Counted from the first letter of the stretch, positions 12,936 to 26,940 are shown. The stretch is 64,000 nt of DNA from Octopus bimaculoides (GCF_001194135.2 NC_068982.1:22797793-22861792); one strand, 5' to 3'. Notes: generated by a model not told the origin, from the letters alone. Program-made: numbers and translations.

Positions 12936-14334
12936 GATTTATATATTTTATTGTGTTTGGAGAAAGCCATTCTCTTTTAGGGGCTTATAATTTGACACGC
13001 GCACAGCTTCGATTTCTACTTGTTCATTATTTCAAAAATTTTCGTTGCGTCTTGCATTCTCTTCAACAGTCGTTGACTCTGTCCATAAATATATATATGT
13101 ACCTACCTACCTACCTACCTACCTACCTACCTACATACATACATACATACATGCATACATGCATACATATATATATATAGAGGTTATGAGCGGTAATGGT
13201 GTCAATTAGACCCAGAGGTTCCAGGTAATGCTGAGTAAGTGCTATGGATAGGCCATAGTTAAGCTCCAGGTTCGGTGATTATGCGAATAAGGGTCGAACT
13301 AGGTCATATATCAGCGTGTGAATATAAGGATTTACTTTTCGTAATGAAATAAAAAAACCAAAGCTGTGTATATTTTAGAACATTTATAAATGTATATATA
13401 TATATATACAAACACACACACTCATATAGATAGATATAAATTAAAACAGTTTGATTTAGAATCCTCACTCGTATATATATATANNNNNNNNNNNNNNNNN
13501 NNNNNNNNNNNNNNNNNNNNNNNNNNNNNNNNNNNNNNNNNNNNNNNNNNNNNNNNNNNNNNNNNNNNNNNNNNNNNNNNNNNNNNNNNNNNNNNNNNNN
13601 NNNNNNNNNNNNNNNNNNNNNNNNNNNNNNNNNNNNNNNNNNNNNNNNNNNNNNNNNNNNNNNNNNNNNNNNNNNNNNNNNNNNNNNNNNNNNNNNNNNN
13701 NNNNNNNNNNNNNNNNNNNNNNNNNNNNNNNNNNNNNNNNNNNNNNNNNNNNNNNNNNNNNNNNNNNNNNNNNNNNNNNNNNNNNNNNNNNNNNNNNNNN
13801 NNNNNNNNNNNNNNNNNNNNNNNNNNNNNNNNNNNNNNNNNNNNNNNNNNNNNNNNNNNNNNNNNNNNNNNNNNNNNNNNNNNNNNNNNNNNNNNNNNNN
13901 NNNNNNNNNNNNNNNNNNNNNNNNNNNNNNNNNNNNNNNNNNNNNNNNNNNNNNNNNNNNNNNNNNNNNNNNNNNNNNNNNNNNNNNNNNNNNNNNNNNN
14001 NNNNNNNNNNNNNNNNNNNNNNNNNNNNNNNNNNNNNNNNNNNNNNNNNNNNNNNNNNNNNNNNNNNNNNNNNNNNNNNNNNNNNNNNNNNNNNNNNNNN
14101 NNNNNNNNNNNNNNNNNNNNNNNNNNNNNNNNNNNNNNNNNNNNNNNNNNNNNNNNNNNNNNNNNNNNNNNNNNNNNNNNNNNNNNNNNNNNNATATATA
14201 TATATACTAGTGTGTGTATGCGTAGATACACGCAAACACTGGAGCCTCGCTTGAGTGACTCTACAGAAGTCATTCACTTGACCCGTTTCTTGATGCGTAC
14301 TACGATGTCTGTGTACACAGTCGCTCATAACTCT

Positions 14335-14745
14335 CTTCCTCCTCCCATTCCTCCTGTTGTGTGGATACGAAGCTCATTTTGCAGTCATGCGTTTCCGGAT
14401 TCAGTCCCTCTATGTGGCACCTTAGACACGCGTCTTGTACGATAGACCCGGGCCGACAAATACCATGTGAGTGAATTTATATTGTCGGAATTTTCTATGA
14501 AATCCCGTTTTATATTTTGTGTATATGTGTGTGTGTGTGTTTATGTTTGTTCCCACACCGCTTGGCAACCAGATTTGGTTTGTATACGCCCCCGTAACAC
14601 AGCGGTGTGGCAAAAGAACCGTTAGATTATGTACCATACTTAGAAATATGTAATGGGATTGATTCGTTCGACTAAACCCTTCAAGGCTGGCCCCCAGTAT
14701 GACTGTATTCCAATAACTGAAGCAAGTAAAAAATAAAAGATAAAT
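14335..14745 (+). mobile_element. Family-A SINE, diverged full-length
   Basis: Head gtgtggatacgaagctc...ggattcagtccctctatgtggcaccttag; tail ...ccccagtatgactgtattccaataactgaagcaagtaaaa. Confidence 0.7.
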
Positions 14746-14934
14746 CACACACATACGTGTGTTTCAGTATTTGCTTAGATTGGAATGGATTGTCCATGTT
14801 TCGTCCACTGCAGGGCGAAAGCCTGAACATGTTGTCTCTACCCAGCCACGGTCTGATGTTGAGGCCTTGAATTTGAGTGTGAGATCATACTTGTTTGATG
14901 AGCCTACTCAGTCATAATGCTTCTAAATGGCTTG

Positions 14935-15140
14935 GCAGAGGGATGCAGTTTTTATACTCATACCCAGATGTAGTTAAGTCGATTTCACCGAGCCTAGTTT
15001 TCAACTGGTTCTTATGTTATCAACCCCGAGAGGATGAAAAGCAAAGTCAGCCTCGGCGGAATTTGAACCTAGAACGCAAGGAAGGACAAAATACCACTAA
15101 TTATTTCGTCTGGCGTGATAACAATTCTGCCAGCTCTTAG
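14935..15140 (-). mobile_element. Family-B SINE
   Basis: Reverse-complement motifs caaccccgagaggatgaaaagcaaagtc...cggcggaatttgaacc...aattctgccagctc. Confidence 0.75.
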
Positions 15141-15424
15141 TGATAATGATTACTGATATTACGCAATTTCTGAGTCATCTCCCAAGTATAAACATTCACT
15201 GAAAAAGCGCGAAGGAACTCGGATCCACAAGAGACCGCTGACTTTTAAAGGTTAAGGTATATTACACTTTTATGTTGGTCATTCAATTAGAAAGGAGGAG
15301 TGACAGCAATCATTAGTAGACGAGAAAACGACAGGGAAAAGTAAGGAAAATAAACCAAGAATTACGAAGACTGATAGTATTAATGAATAAAAGAATAAGG
15401 ATCAAAGGTGCTTTCTGAGCAATA

Positions 15425-15650
15425 GTCTCATAAGGTCAGTTTTTTTCGATTCTGTGGCAGATACATTCCACCCCTGGATGGGACATCGGGCCGCTTTAAG
15501 ATTACTCACTTTTGTCAGCCGAGCGGACTGGATCTATGCGAACTGAAATATTTAACTCGAGAACACAACGCATTGCCTAGTCGAGAAATCGAAACCGCAA
15601 TCTTACGATCACAAGTGCAACAACCTAACCATAAAACCACGCACCTTCAC
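15425..15650 (-). mobile_element. Family-F tRNA-derived SINE
   Basis: Minus strand gtgaaggtgcgtggttttatggttagg...gcggtttcgatttc has A/B-box-like motifs, then ttgtgttctcgagt...ccagtccgctcggctgacaaaagtgagtaa. Confidence 0.6.
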
Positions 15651-15765
15651 ATGTTGATAATTTGATAAACTGAAATGCCGTGAATGTATTCGTAGAGCAC
15701 AGGTGAGAGAGAGAGATGACGATCCATGACATTTCGACGTAATTGTGGCAGACATTACCTAATGA

Positions 15766-15836
15766 AGATGATGACGAAGACAACGATGACGACGACGATG
15801 ATGATGGTGGTGGTAGTAGTGCTAGTATATAATGAC

Positions 15837-15870
<34 letters not shown>

Positions 15871-15887
15871 CTGATGCTGATGATGAT
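15766..15887. repeat. (GAT)n/(GAC)n trinucleotide microsatellite
   Basis: Directly visible. Confidence 0.9.
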
Positions 15888-17139
15888 ATTGCCGTTCTTA
15901 TTGTAATCTCAAGTGGACTCTGGTCAAGCAAGTCATAAGTCGCGAGTTACTCTGGTTGTTGAAAAAACAATGATGCATGGACGCCTGGAAAAATATGTCT
16001 CCGCGTGTCACGTGTCGATACACAAGACAGGCAAAAGACTGTTGGATGGTACCTTTTCACAAAGAGCAGAACAATAAAAAAGAGAGAAAAAAAAAGAAAA
16101 AAACGATTTCCAGCATTGGCCATTGGCTACTAGGCCACATACTTTGTAGGTGACCAATGATCGATTACGTTGACTACAGTACTTGACGTGTCCTTTATTT
16201 TATCGCCCTCAAGAGAAACGGGGAAAATAAAGTTCAGTGTAAAACCAATGACGAAGTGCAGCAAATTATGTAGAGAAAAAGTAAAAGATCTCAGAATGCA
16301 GAGGAAAAATTGTCGCACTTATTCGTCTTACTCTTTCCTTCTTGACGCAGTTACACACACACACATGTACAGATATACGTACACATTCACAAGTACGTAC
16401 ACCATCATACACAAACAGATACGCACATAGATAAACACACACATACACACACATACACACGCACACGCATATATAAGGTATATGCAATAATGTACATATA
16501 GTGAGAGAGTATTTATGATACGTAAACACACACACACACATACACACACGCGAGCGCGCACGCAAACACATATAAACAGAACGAGAGAAAGAAAGGGAGG
16601 GAGGGAAAGATAGATAGATAGGTAGATAGACAGAGAGAGGGAGAGAGAGAGAGAGAGGGAGAGAAAGAGAGAGAAGTATTGAGATATATACCGGTCTATC
16701 GCCGCCCATCCCCGCCGACTAACCTTTCTACCTACAAAGATTGACTTTATCAATAAATATAGGAAAAATAAGGCAAGCAGAAATACTAACCCAAACACAC
16801 ACGCGCACACACACACACACAAACACGCACACACACACACACAAACACGCGCACACTCACACACCCTTACAAACATCAATATATACTGGATATGATGTAT
16901 TTCAATAGCTTTTACGCGCCTAAACATCAAAGGCTATATAACCAAAGCGTGTAGAGTCTAGTGTATATACGTATTTATGAATGTATAGCATTAAATCCAT
17001 AGCTTTGTTTTCCTCCGGTATCCAGGTGGTAGTTAATCCGGGTGTATGATGACGAAGATCCTCTGTGTTCCGGGTATCTATATATCTGAGAAACCATGCT
17101 ACGTGGATTTAATGTCGTTGTAACAAAATGTAAATAGAA

Positions 17140-17183
<44 letters not shown>

Positions 17184-17290
17184 GCACAAACATTCAAACA
17201 GTAACGCGCATATATATACACACACACACGTATACCTGAGTATACTGGAATATTCATGCATGTACGAACCAGCACGGTGGTAAAATATAA

Positions 17291-17308
17291 CGCAAAGAAA
17301 GCGGGCAA

Positions 17309-17352
<44 letters not shown>

Positions 17353-17367
17353 TAAAAATAATAATAA
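17291..17367. repeat. (AAT)n microsatellite
   Basis: Directly visible. Confidence 0.95.
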
Positions 17368-17640
17368 AATAGGATAGGATGACATAAAATGAAAACAGAG
17401 AGGGACGGAGAGAGATAGAGATAAATAGAGAGAGAGAAAGACAAGGAGAGAAAGAGAGGTTTGGTTTCGAGTTACATAAAATGACATATATAAAGATAAA
17501 CGCCGCTCTATATATATGTAAAACATACAGATTTACATTTTATGTGTATATACACATACATACATGCATAAACACACACACATACATACATAACTCTCTA
17601 TCTATCTACCTATCTATCAATCTACCTGTCTGTCTTTCTC

Positions 17641-17695
<55 letters not shown>

Positions 17696-18594
17696 GTATG
17701 TATGCAGAGAGCTTAGTAGTTACCTACGTAAACAGGTAAAGTACAGTTATGTACGTATAGACCTATATCTCTACATACCTATCCAGTAACCGTTCTGTTT
17801 GCGATACATACATATACATGCATACATATACACAGACACACACGCATATATATTCACATATATATATATATATATATGCATACACACACACACACGCACA
17901 TATATATATATACATGCGTAGCCATATGTGTGTGTGTGTAGATGTGTATGATGTAGGTAAATGTATGCGTAGATAACATAGCTAAATCTGTAGACAGGAT
18001 GATAGATAGACCGATAGACCGATAGACTAGTGGTCAGATAGGTAGATTGATTAAAGCTAAAACAAAAAAACAGAAATTGAAAGACAGAAAAAGTAAAAAA
18101 AACAATAACAAAAAAAAACAAGCAAAAAATAGAAAGCAACAAACACTTCAGAGGAGAAAAATCTAAACTAGATACCACAATACTGCTATACTGACACTAA
18201 ACAGCGAGGTAGGAGTTCTTTATTAAAATTTGTCTGTAGTCATTCTCATATGAAGAGCAGTGCACACGCACTTACGTAAGCATGTCAATGCGCACGCGCA
18301 CATAAAAATAAACTCAAGCAGCACGTTAATGTTTTAATGCATGCATTAACACGCAAAAGCACGCCCGTTACTCGTGCACACGGGTTGACACGTAATACAC
18401 CGGGGTATGGACTCAGACCTACACGCAAATACATGCACCAGCATATATACGGTGCGTATAGCTATATAAATGGGTACATGTACATGCATGTATATATATA
18501 TATATAAATATATACACTTTATTAAAAAGCAGCAAAAATATCACGGAAACTGTTACTCAGAGTTTCACGTTCCCGTTTGTCGGACAGCTTTGTT

Positions 18595-18649
<55 letters not shown>

Positions 18650-19547
18650 NNNNNNNNNNNNNNNNNNNNNNNNNNNNNNNNNNNNNNNNNNNNNNNNNNN
18701 NNNNNNNNNNNNNNNNNNNNNNNNNNNNNNNNNNNNNNNNNNNNNNNNNNNNNNNNNNNNNNNNNNNNNNNNNNNNNNNNNNNNNNNNNNNNNNNNNNNN
18801 NNNNNNNNNNNNNNNNNNNNNNNNNNNNNNNNNNNNNNNNNNNNNNNNNNNNNNNNNNNNNNNNNNNNNNNNNNNNNNNNNNNNNNNNNNNNNNNNNNNN
18901 NNNNNNNNNNNNNNNNNNNNNNNNNNNNNNNNNNNNNNNNNNNNNNNNNNNNNNNNNNNNNNNNNNNNNNNNNNNNNNNNNNNNNNNNNNNNNNNNNNNN
19001 NNNNNNNNNNNNNNNNNNNNNNNNNNNNNNNNNNNNNNNNNNNNNNNNNNNNNNNNNNNNNNNNNNNNNNNNNNNNNNNNNNNNNNNNNNNNNNNNNNNN
19101 NNNNNNNNNNNNNNNNNNNNNNNNNNNNNNNNNNNNNNNNNNNNNNNNNNNNNNNNNNNNNNNNNNNNNNNNNNNNNNNNNNNNNNNNNNNNNNNNNNNN
19201 NNNNNNNNNNNNNNNNNNNNNNNNNNNNNNNNNNNNNNNNNNNNNNNNNNNNNNNNNNNNNNNNNNNNNNNNNNNNNNNNNNNNNNNNNNNNNNNNNNNN
19301 NNNNNNNNNNNNNNNNNNNNNNNNNNNNNNNNNNNNNNNNNNNNNNNNNNNNNNNNNNNNNNNNNNNNNNNNNNNNNNNNNNNNNNNNNNNNNNNNNNNN
19401 NNNNNNNNNNNNNNNNNNNNNNNNNNNNNNNNNNNNNNNNNNNNNNNNNNNNNNNNNNNNNNNNNNATAGAGAGATAGAGAATGTCCCCTCTTCTGATTT
19501 TAGTCATTGTTATATTTACCTGCTCCGTTTGTATATAATTCCAAGGG

Positions 19548-19610
<63 letters not shown>

Positions 19611-19611
<1 letters not shown>

Positions 19612-19987
19612 ACGTCGGTTACAACGAAGAGGCCTCCAGTTGATTTGATCAACGGAACAGCCTGCTCGCGAAATTAGCATGCAAGTGGTTGTGCACTCCA
19701 CAGACACGTGTACCCTTAACGTAGATCTCGGGGAGATTCAGCGTGACACATCGTGTGACAAGGCTGGCCCCTTTGAACTACAGGCACAACAGAAACAGGA
19801 AGAAAGAGTGAGAAAAAGTTGTATTGAAAGTGTACAGCTGGGTTCGCCACCACCTTCTGCCGGAGCCTAGTGGAACGTTAGGTGTTTTCACTCAATAAAC
19901 ACTCACAACGCTCGTTCTGGGAATCGAAACCACGATCCTACGACCGCGAGTCTGCTGCCCTAACCACTGGGACGTTGCGGCTCCACC
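19611..19987 (-). mobile_element. Family-C tRNA-derived SINE, near full-length
   Basis: Reverse complement aligns end-to-end with 40925-41313. Confidence 0.9.
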
Positions 19988-21375
19988 TATGTATCTCCCT
20001 ATATGTCTGTATATCTATCTGTCTATCTCCTTTTTAAAATGTCTATCTACCCGTCTGTCTCTCTATATATCCATCTATCTCTCAGTATTTATTTCTTCTT
20101 TATTTTCTTTCATTCTACTCTCCTTTCTTGTTTCACAAAGATCTTTTTAATGGTAACACACATTACTATGCAGTTTGGCAAATAATAAAGAAATAACATA
20201 AATAAATAATTTATCTAAATATAAAACAAGAAATAAGAATAAGACAAAACCCAAGAACAACATCGAACAAAAATTCAACAACAAAAAATGAAATAGACGA
20301 AGATGAATAAATCGTAAACGAACAAAACAAAACAAAAAACAGAAACCAACTTCGACATATTTATGTTAACAGCAACAAATATCTTTTTTTTTCCTTTCTC
20401 CCACCTTTCAATTCATGCCCCAACCCCAAAATACATCTCAGGTATTATGATCTGCTTAGTGGTACGGACGTTTTGAAAACTCAGTTAGGAATCGGATTCA
20501 GGCAATGGATTCAAACTGTTTCCTTCGCAGACAGGAACTTTCTTTCGTTCTATAGAGATTTCCTGTACTTTGTGATGCATGCGGATGCTTGCCTATAATA
20601 ACACACACCTGCGTCAGCAATTACTGGCTAAAANNNNNNNNNNNNNNNNNNNNNNNNNNNNNNNNNNNNNNNNNNNNNNNNNNNNNNNNNNNNNNNNNNN
20701 NNNNNNNNNNNNNNNNNNNNNNNNNNNNNNNNNNNNNNNNNNNNNNNNNNNNNNNNNNNNNNNNNNNNNNNNNNNNNNNNNNNNNNNNNNNNNNNNNNNN
20801 NNNNNNNNNNNNNNNNNNNNNNNNNNNNNNNNNNNNNNNNNNNNNNNNNNNNNNNNNNNNNNNNNNNNNNNNNNNNNNNNNNNNNNNNNNNNNNNNNNNN
20901 NNNNNNNNNNNNNNNNNNNNNNNNNNNNNNNNNNNNNNNNNNNNNNNNNNNNNNNNNNNNNNNNNNNNNNNNNNNNNNNNNNNNNNNNNNNNNNNNNNNN
21001 NNNNNNNNNNNNNNNNNNNNNNNNNNNNNNNNNNNNNNNNNNNNNNNNNNNNNNNNNNNNNNNNNNNNNNNNNNNNNNNNNNNNNNNNNNNNNNNNNNNN
21101 NNNNNNNNNNNNNNNNNNNNNNNNNNNNNNNNNNNNNNNNNNNNNNNNNNNNNNNNNNNNNNNNNNNNNNNNNNNNNNNNNNNNNNNNNNNNNNNNNNNN
21201 NNNNNNNNNNNNNNNNNNNNNNNNNNNNNNNNNNNNNNNNNNNNNNNNNNNNNNNNNNNNNNNNNNNNNNNNNNNNNNNNNNNNNNNNNNNNNNNNNNNN
21301 NNNNNNNNNNNNNNNNNNNNNNNNNNNNNNNNNNNNNNNNNNNNNNNNNNNNNNNNNNNNNNNNNNNNNNNNNNN

Positions 21376-21410
<35 letters not shown>

Positions 21411-21819
21411 TTATTTATTTATATAAGGGCATTACATATATATATATATATATATATCGACAGATATAATGCCAGACACAAAGAGGTAAAAAAAAAGAAA
21501 TATACAAATCGATAAATATGTAGATATGTATTTATAGACGGGCAAAATATTTGATGTAGAGATGTATAGATGGATAACTAAAAATTCAAAGAATGTAACA
21601 GAGATTCATATAGACATTTTGATATGCAGATCGGTAGACTGACAGCTCTTAAATAGTTTTATATATAAGTAGAGTGACTGATAGCTATGTCATGTCATAT
21701 TTATACATACGCACAAACGCAAACATACAGACACACATATATGTATGTATTTGCGTATTAATATATAAATATATGTAATATAGATACATATATACGCACG
21801 TATATACATACAAACATAC

Positions 21820-21867
<48 letters not shown>

Positions 21868-22209
21868 ATAATACGTATAATGTGTTCGTTGTTTTCTCCG
21901 TTTGTTACCTTCTCTTTGTCAGCCTGGAAGAAGAGAGCAGTGTCTGTAGTGATAGGAGCGGTAGAAAACAAAGAATATGCTATAGAAAGAGCTAAGCCGT
22001 ACAGATAGTCAGAGAGATTGAAGATTGAAAACTGTGTAGGTTAGAAAGCGCGAGAATGATAGAGAGCGCGACAAAGATGGATGCGGATACGAATTTGCTA
22101 TAATGAGATGAAGTTAAACGGAATAAAAAAATGCTGCAAAACCTGAATAGAAAACTTTACTGAAATGTTTGAGAAATAAATAAAATCCTTAACTTTGACG
22201 TGAGCTTTA

Positions 22210-22265
<56 letters not shown>

Positions 22266-23238
22266 NNNNNNNNNNNNNNNNNNNNNNNNNNNNNNNNNNN
22301 NNNNNNNNNNNNNNNNNNNNNNNNNNNNNNNNNNNNNNNNNNNNNNNNNNNNNNNNNNNNNNNNNNNNNNNNNNNNNNNNNNNNNNNNNNNNNNNNNNNN
22401 NNNNNNNNNNNNNNNNNNNNNNNNNNNNNNNNNNNNNNNNNNNNNNNNNNNNNNNNNNNNNNNNNNNNNNNNNNNNNNNNNNNNNNNNNNNNNNNNNNNN
22501 NNNNNNNNNNNNNNNNNNNNNNNNNNNNNNNNNNNNNNNNNNNNNNNNNNNNNNNNNNNNNNNNNNNNNNNNNNNNNNNNNNNNNNNNNNNNNNNNNNNN
22601 NNNNNNNNNNNNNNNNNNNNNNNNNNNNNNNNNNNNNNNNNNNNNNNNNNNNNNNNNNNNNNNNNNNNNNNNNNNNNNNNNNNNNNNNNNNNNNNNNNNN
22701 NNNNNNNNNNNNNNNNNNNNNNNNNNNNNNNNNNNNNNNNNNNNNNNNNNNNNNNNNNNNNNNNNNNNNNNNNNNNNNNNNNNNNNNNNNNNNNNNNNNN
22801 NNNNNNNNNNNNNNNNNNNNNNNNNNNNNNNNNNNNNNNNNNNNNNNNNNNNNNNNNNNNNNNNNNNNNNNNNNNNNNNNNNNNNNNNNNNNNNNNNNNN
22901 NNNNNNNNNNNNNNNNNNNNNNNNNNNNNNNNNNNNNNNNNNNNNNNNNNNNNNNNNNNNNNNNNNNNNNNNNNNNNNNNNNNNNNNNNNNNNNNNNNNN
23001 NNNNNNNNNNNNNNNNNNNNNNNNNNNNNNNNNNNNNNNNNNNNNNNNNNNNNNNNNNNNNNNNNNNNNNNNNNNNNNNNNNNNNNNNNNNNNNNNNNNN
23101 NNNNNNNNNNNNNNNNNNNNNNNNNNNNNNNNNNNNNNNNNNNNNNNNNNNNNNNNNNNNNNNNNNNNNNNNNNNNNNNNNNNNNNNNNNNNNNNNNNNN
23201 NNNNNNNNNNNNNNNNNNNNNNNNNNNNNNNNNNNNNN

Positions 23239-23302
<64 letters not shown>

Positions 23303-23524
23303 TGTGTGTTTATATATCTTGAATCTTGAGGTTCGAAGATGCTGTGCAAGAAAAATTTGCTCTGATGACGTAAATAAAGTGCTATGATAAAATGCAGCAT
23401 GCACTCTCCTTATGTTGGATGATGATAGGATGATCATACTGCCATAGAAGCACATCACCTTATCACAAAACTCACCCACTTTGAAGAAAAGAATCTCAAT
23501 AAGCCGACATGTCATATATTATTT

Positions 23525-23608
23525 TCTTTTCTACTCGAGGCACAAGACCCGAAATTTTGGTGGAGGGGGCCAGTCGATTAAATCGACCCCAGTACGCAAC
23601 CGGTACTT
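23525..23608 (-). mobile_element. Family-B SINE 3' fragment, tail type 2
   Basis: ggcacaagacccgaaatttt...gtcgattaaatcgaccccagtacgcaaccggtactta. Confidence 0.7.
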
Positions 23609-24400
23609 AATATTTTAGTTACTTAATAGCATCAGTTTCTGGTGTCATGATGCTCCATGTCACTGGCGTGTGTTGTAGCCTCTATAAAAGTGTATGATTA
23701 GCGTATGCAGTCAGTTAAGAGCTTTACCATAATAGTATAATAACACGGGAATTTCACTTCTGTTTAAGAAGTTTCGTGACCCTGTAATCAAGTTCGCGAT
23801 TTCTTGGTATAATTCATTCTTGTCGCTCTCAGATTATCGGATAGTACAGAGATAACAGATTAGAAATTTCATATAATATGAATGGTGACATCATGGGCAG
23901 GTTTAGAAAAGATTTAATTGAAATATTTACGTTTTGATTTGAATATAATTCTTATCACTAATTTACCTATAACAAACTTCTTAAGTTTAACAGCATAGTT
24001 GAAAGCTGGCCCCCACCACATTTACAAAAAGCCAAACGACCAAATGTGAACGCCATTCATATACAGAAAAATGTCAACCATCCTTCATACATAAGACTGC
24101 TGCAGGCGAAATAAACTGGAGTCGTAATGTATTCTAGGTGAAATCTAGAAAGACTAAGAATATGAAACTAACGTGTATGTAAAATCCACCACTATGCCAA
24201 GAATAAAACAGGGAAGTGGAACTAAATGGTATCTTTTCAACTTTATAGTAATGAAGTTAGAATTCTTTCAGTTCTTTCTTGTACACACGCATTTAGGCTG
24301 GCAGACAAACATTTTGACACTAAAACTTTAAAGTCAGCCAATCCTGCCTGGATAACATACAATCACATATTCACGACTTCAATAGGTAACCATCACCCCC

Positions 24401-24412
24401 CACTACTACTAT

Positions 24413-24445
<33 letters not shown>

Positions 24446-24510
24446 CGCTGCTGCTGCTGCTTCTGCTGCTACTACTACTACTACTACCATTACTACTACT
24501 ACTACTACTG

Positions 24511-24558
<48 letters not shown>
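24401..24558. repeat. (CTA)n/(CTG)n microsatellite
   Basis: Directly visible; source of the poly-L/poly-S ORFs. Confidence 0.95.
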
Positions 24559-24772
24559 TCCCGACTGTGACTAGCTCTATTCCTGCTACAAATGCATCGT
24601 ACCATTTCCACCATCTTTCTTAAAACCAGTTTTATTGTTATCCCGACCACAGAAGCAACACTAATTAGATAAAAACTTTTATGATCATCACTGTCACCAG
24701 CATATCCTTGAAGGCCCTTACAAATACTTGTTATTCTCGTCTTGAGAAGCAAAAAGCCATCGAATAAAGTAT

Positions 24773-24842
24773 GAGACCGGGCGTAGTGGTTAAGAGCGCG
24801 GGCTACTAACCCCAAGATTCGGAGTTCGATTCCAAGCAGTGA

Positions 24843-24916
<74 letters not shown>

Positions 24917-25021
24917 TTGAAAGATACCTTAGGAATGAGAACCCAGGTTCGAAATTTCCTCAAGACACCTGATGAAGGTTGGAGGGTATATCAGCCGAAA
25001 CGTTGTGTTAACAACAAACAA
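24773..25021 (+). mobile_element. Family-D SINE: tRNA-like head, (AAT)n spacer and hammerhead-bearing tail
   Basis: A box gggcgtagtgg, anticodon-like hairpin ggg-ctactaa-ccc, B box gttcgattcc (24824-24833), (AAT)n 24847-24914, tail containing CTGATGA...GAAAC. Confidence 0.75.
24964..25009 (+). ncRNA. Minimal type-I hammerhead ribozyme motif
   Basis: Stem I gacac/gtgtt; core CTGATGA; extra A; stem II ggttg/cagcc; GAAA; palindromic ACGT stem III; GUU triplet. Confidence 0.7.
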
Positions 25022-25114
25022 ATAATGTACCTAATTCCTCATCTCTTAGGTATAGAATTGTATTATGATAATTCTTATTATTCTTACGACTCATCATACT
25101 TTTAGTGCGTAAAA

Positions 25115-25330
25115 CGCAAGGAACAATCGTTAGAGCTTTAGACAAAATGTTCTGTTATCTACTTGCTGCCATTTATGTTTTTGAGTTTAAATTCTACGGG
25201 GATTGACTTTCTTTTCAGCCACTTGAGGGAGATAAAGACAGTACCAGCCAAATTCTGAGGTCGATATAAACTACTGTTTTGTCTCCTCAAAATTTCTGGT
25301 CTTGTGCCTGTGTAAAAAAAAAAAAATTTT
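25115..25330 (+). mobile_element. Family-B SINE, old and diverged, tail type 2
   Basis: aatcgttagagc...gagtttaaattctacggggattgactt...gtaccagcc...gaggtcgatataa...aaaatttctggtcttgtgcc. Confidence 0.65.
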
Positions 25331-26464
25331 TATTGGTCATTGTTTGTGCGACGCACTCTCTCACAGTTTCTTTCAGGCTACATCAGAAGCTATTATAAAT
25401 CGATATCTATCTACTGGTAATCTGAATAAAATTTCAAGCTCCCGAGAGTATAGTTGAGACGCAAACTGATCTTTACTTTCAAGTTGTTCAGCCCCCTCCA
25501 TTAAAGAATCAATTTTGTATGTGTGTTCACTATTTAAAAACAAAAAAAAAACCCCACAAAAAAAAAGGTTTATGAGAAAACAAGAAATATCGACTGAAAA
25601 CAGCGTATGCAAAAATTGAAAGGAAAGAAAACAGAGAAAGAAGGCGCCGAAAACAACCCTTTTCCAACAAGTTTCCAACAAGATTTTAAATCTAAAGGTA
25701 CGAAGGTATTGTTGGGTTAGTTCCCTTGTAGTAGGTATTTCTTCTCTGGGTTGCTGTTGTTTAGCTCTTATCTAAAGCATTCAACCCAAGGCCATTATTC
25801 AGCGTATTCCTTGTTCAAAACAATGGGGAGTGATTTTAAGCAGATTTGACTGCTATTTCTTACACGTCGAGTGACCGTATAGTTAAGCCCCATCGTTGGC
25901 ATGAGAGGTTCCTTTAGTGTTTCGATCATTTGTGTATGAAAGGAGCAGTTTTACTTCACATAATTCTTACTGTACATCATAAACATGAATTGAATTCTTC
26001 TGTCAGTATAAGAAGCAACAATAATTACAACCCGAGAAATAAACGGTTTGAAAGTGGGACTCACACAAAAGAGGAATATGAACAATCATCAACCACAAAT
26101 AAAATGTATTTGTTTCGTTCTGTTGACTGTTTAGATTCTGTGAGCAATAAAGAAATAGATAGTACATAAAATGAATTCCAAAGCTTGAGTAGTCTTTATG
26201 AGGTGCTTAACCGTCGAATTATCAAATTCAGGTCTTAGTTCGGAATATCTTCAGCAGGAATCACACTTTAACGAATCTCCCTTGTCGAATAAGTAAGACA
26301 TTTTTTCAAACTACTACAGTAATCTACTTACGTTGTGACACAGTTCATCTGGAATACGCCGAAGAAATTCATAATATGGTTGTATGGGACAGTTTATCAA
26401 CTTATACGACACAATGATCAACAAGCAAGTTGTTTAATGCATCGATAAAATGTCAAAACTGTAT

Positions 26465-26693
26465 CTTTTATCTTTTATTTGTTTCACTCATTGAACTGCG
26501 GCCATGCTGGGGCACCACTTTCAGAGATTTTAATTGAACGAATCGACCCCAGGACTTGCTTTTTTTCTTGTAAAGTAAGGTACTTATTCTATCGGCTTCT
26601 TTGCCGAACAGCTAAGTTACGTGCATGTAGATGAAGCAATACAGGTTATCAGGAGTTGGAAAGGGACAAACACCAAGAACAACAACAAGGACA

Positions 26694-26743
<50 letters not shown>

Positions 26744-26940
26744 ACTTTCTCACATACATATGTACACATACATATGTATGTGCATGACAGGTTTCTCTCG
26801 GTCTCACAAATCCACTCATAAGCCTTTAGTCGGCCGGGGCCACAGTAGAAAACATTTGCCCAAAGTGTCAGGAAGTGGGACTGAACCCAAAACTAAGTAG
26901 TTGGAAAGTAATTTTTTTACTACACAGCCACATCTGCGTC
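26465..26940 (-). mobile_element. Family-A SINE, full-length
   Basis: Colinear with other A copies, with internal (CA)n. Confidence 0.85.

Noticed and set aside
14770-14860. GAAA-tetraloop hairpin and minus-strand GGACGAAACATG
   Set aside because: No CTGANGA core in the correct position.
24773-24845. Possible tRNA gene (also applies to the SINE heads at 27650 and 40925)
   Set aside because: No proper acceptor stem, and each continues into a SINE body.
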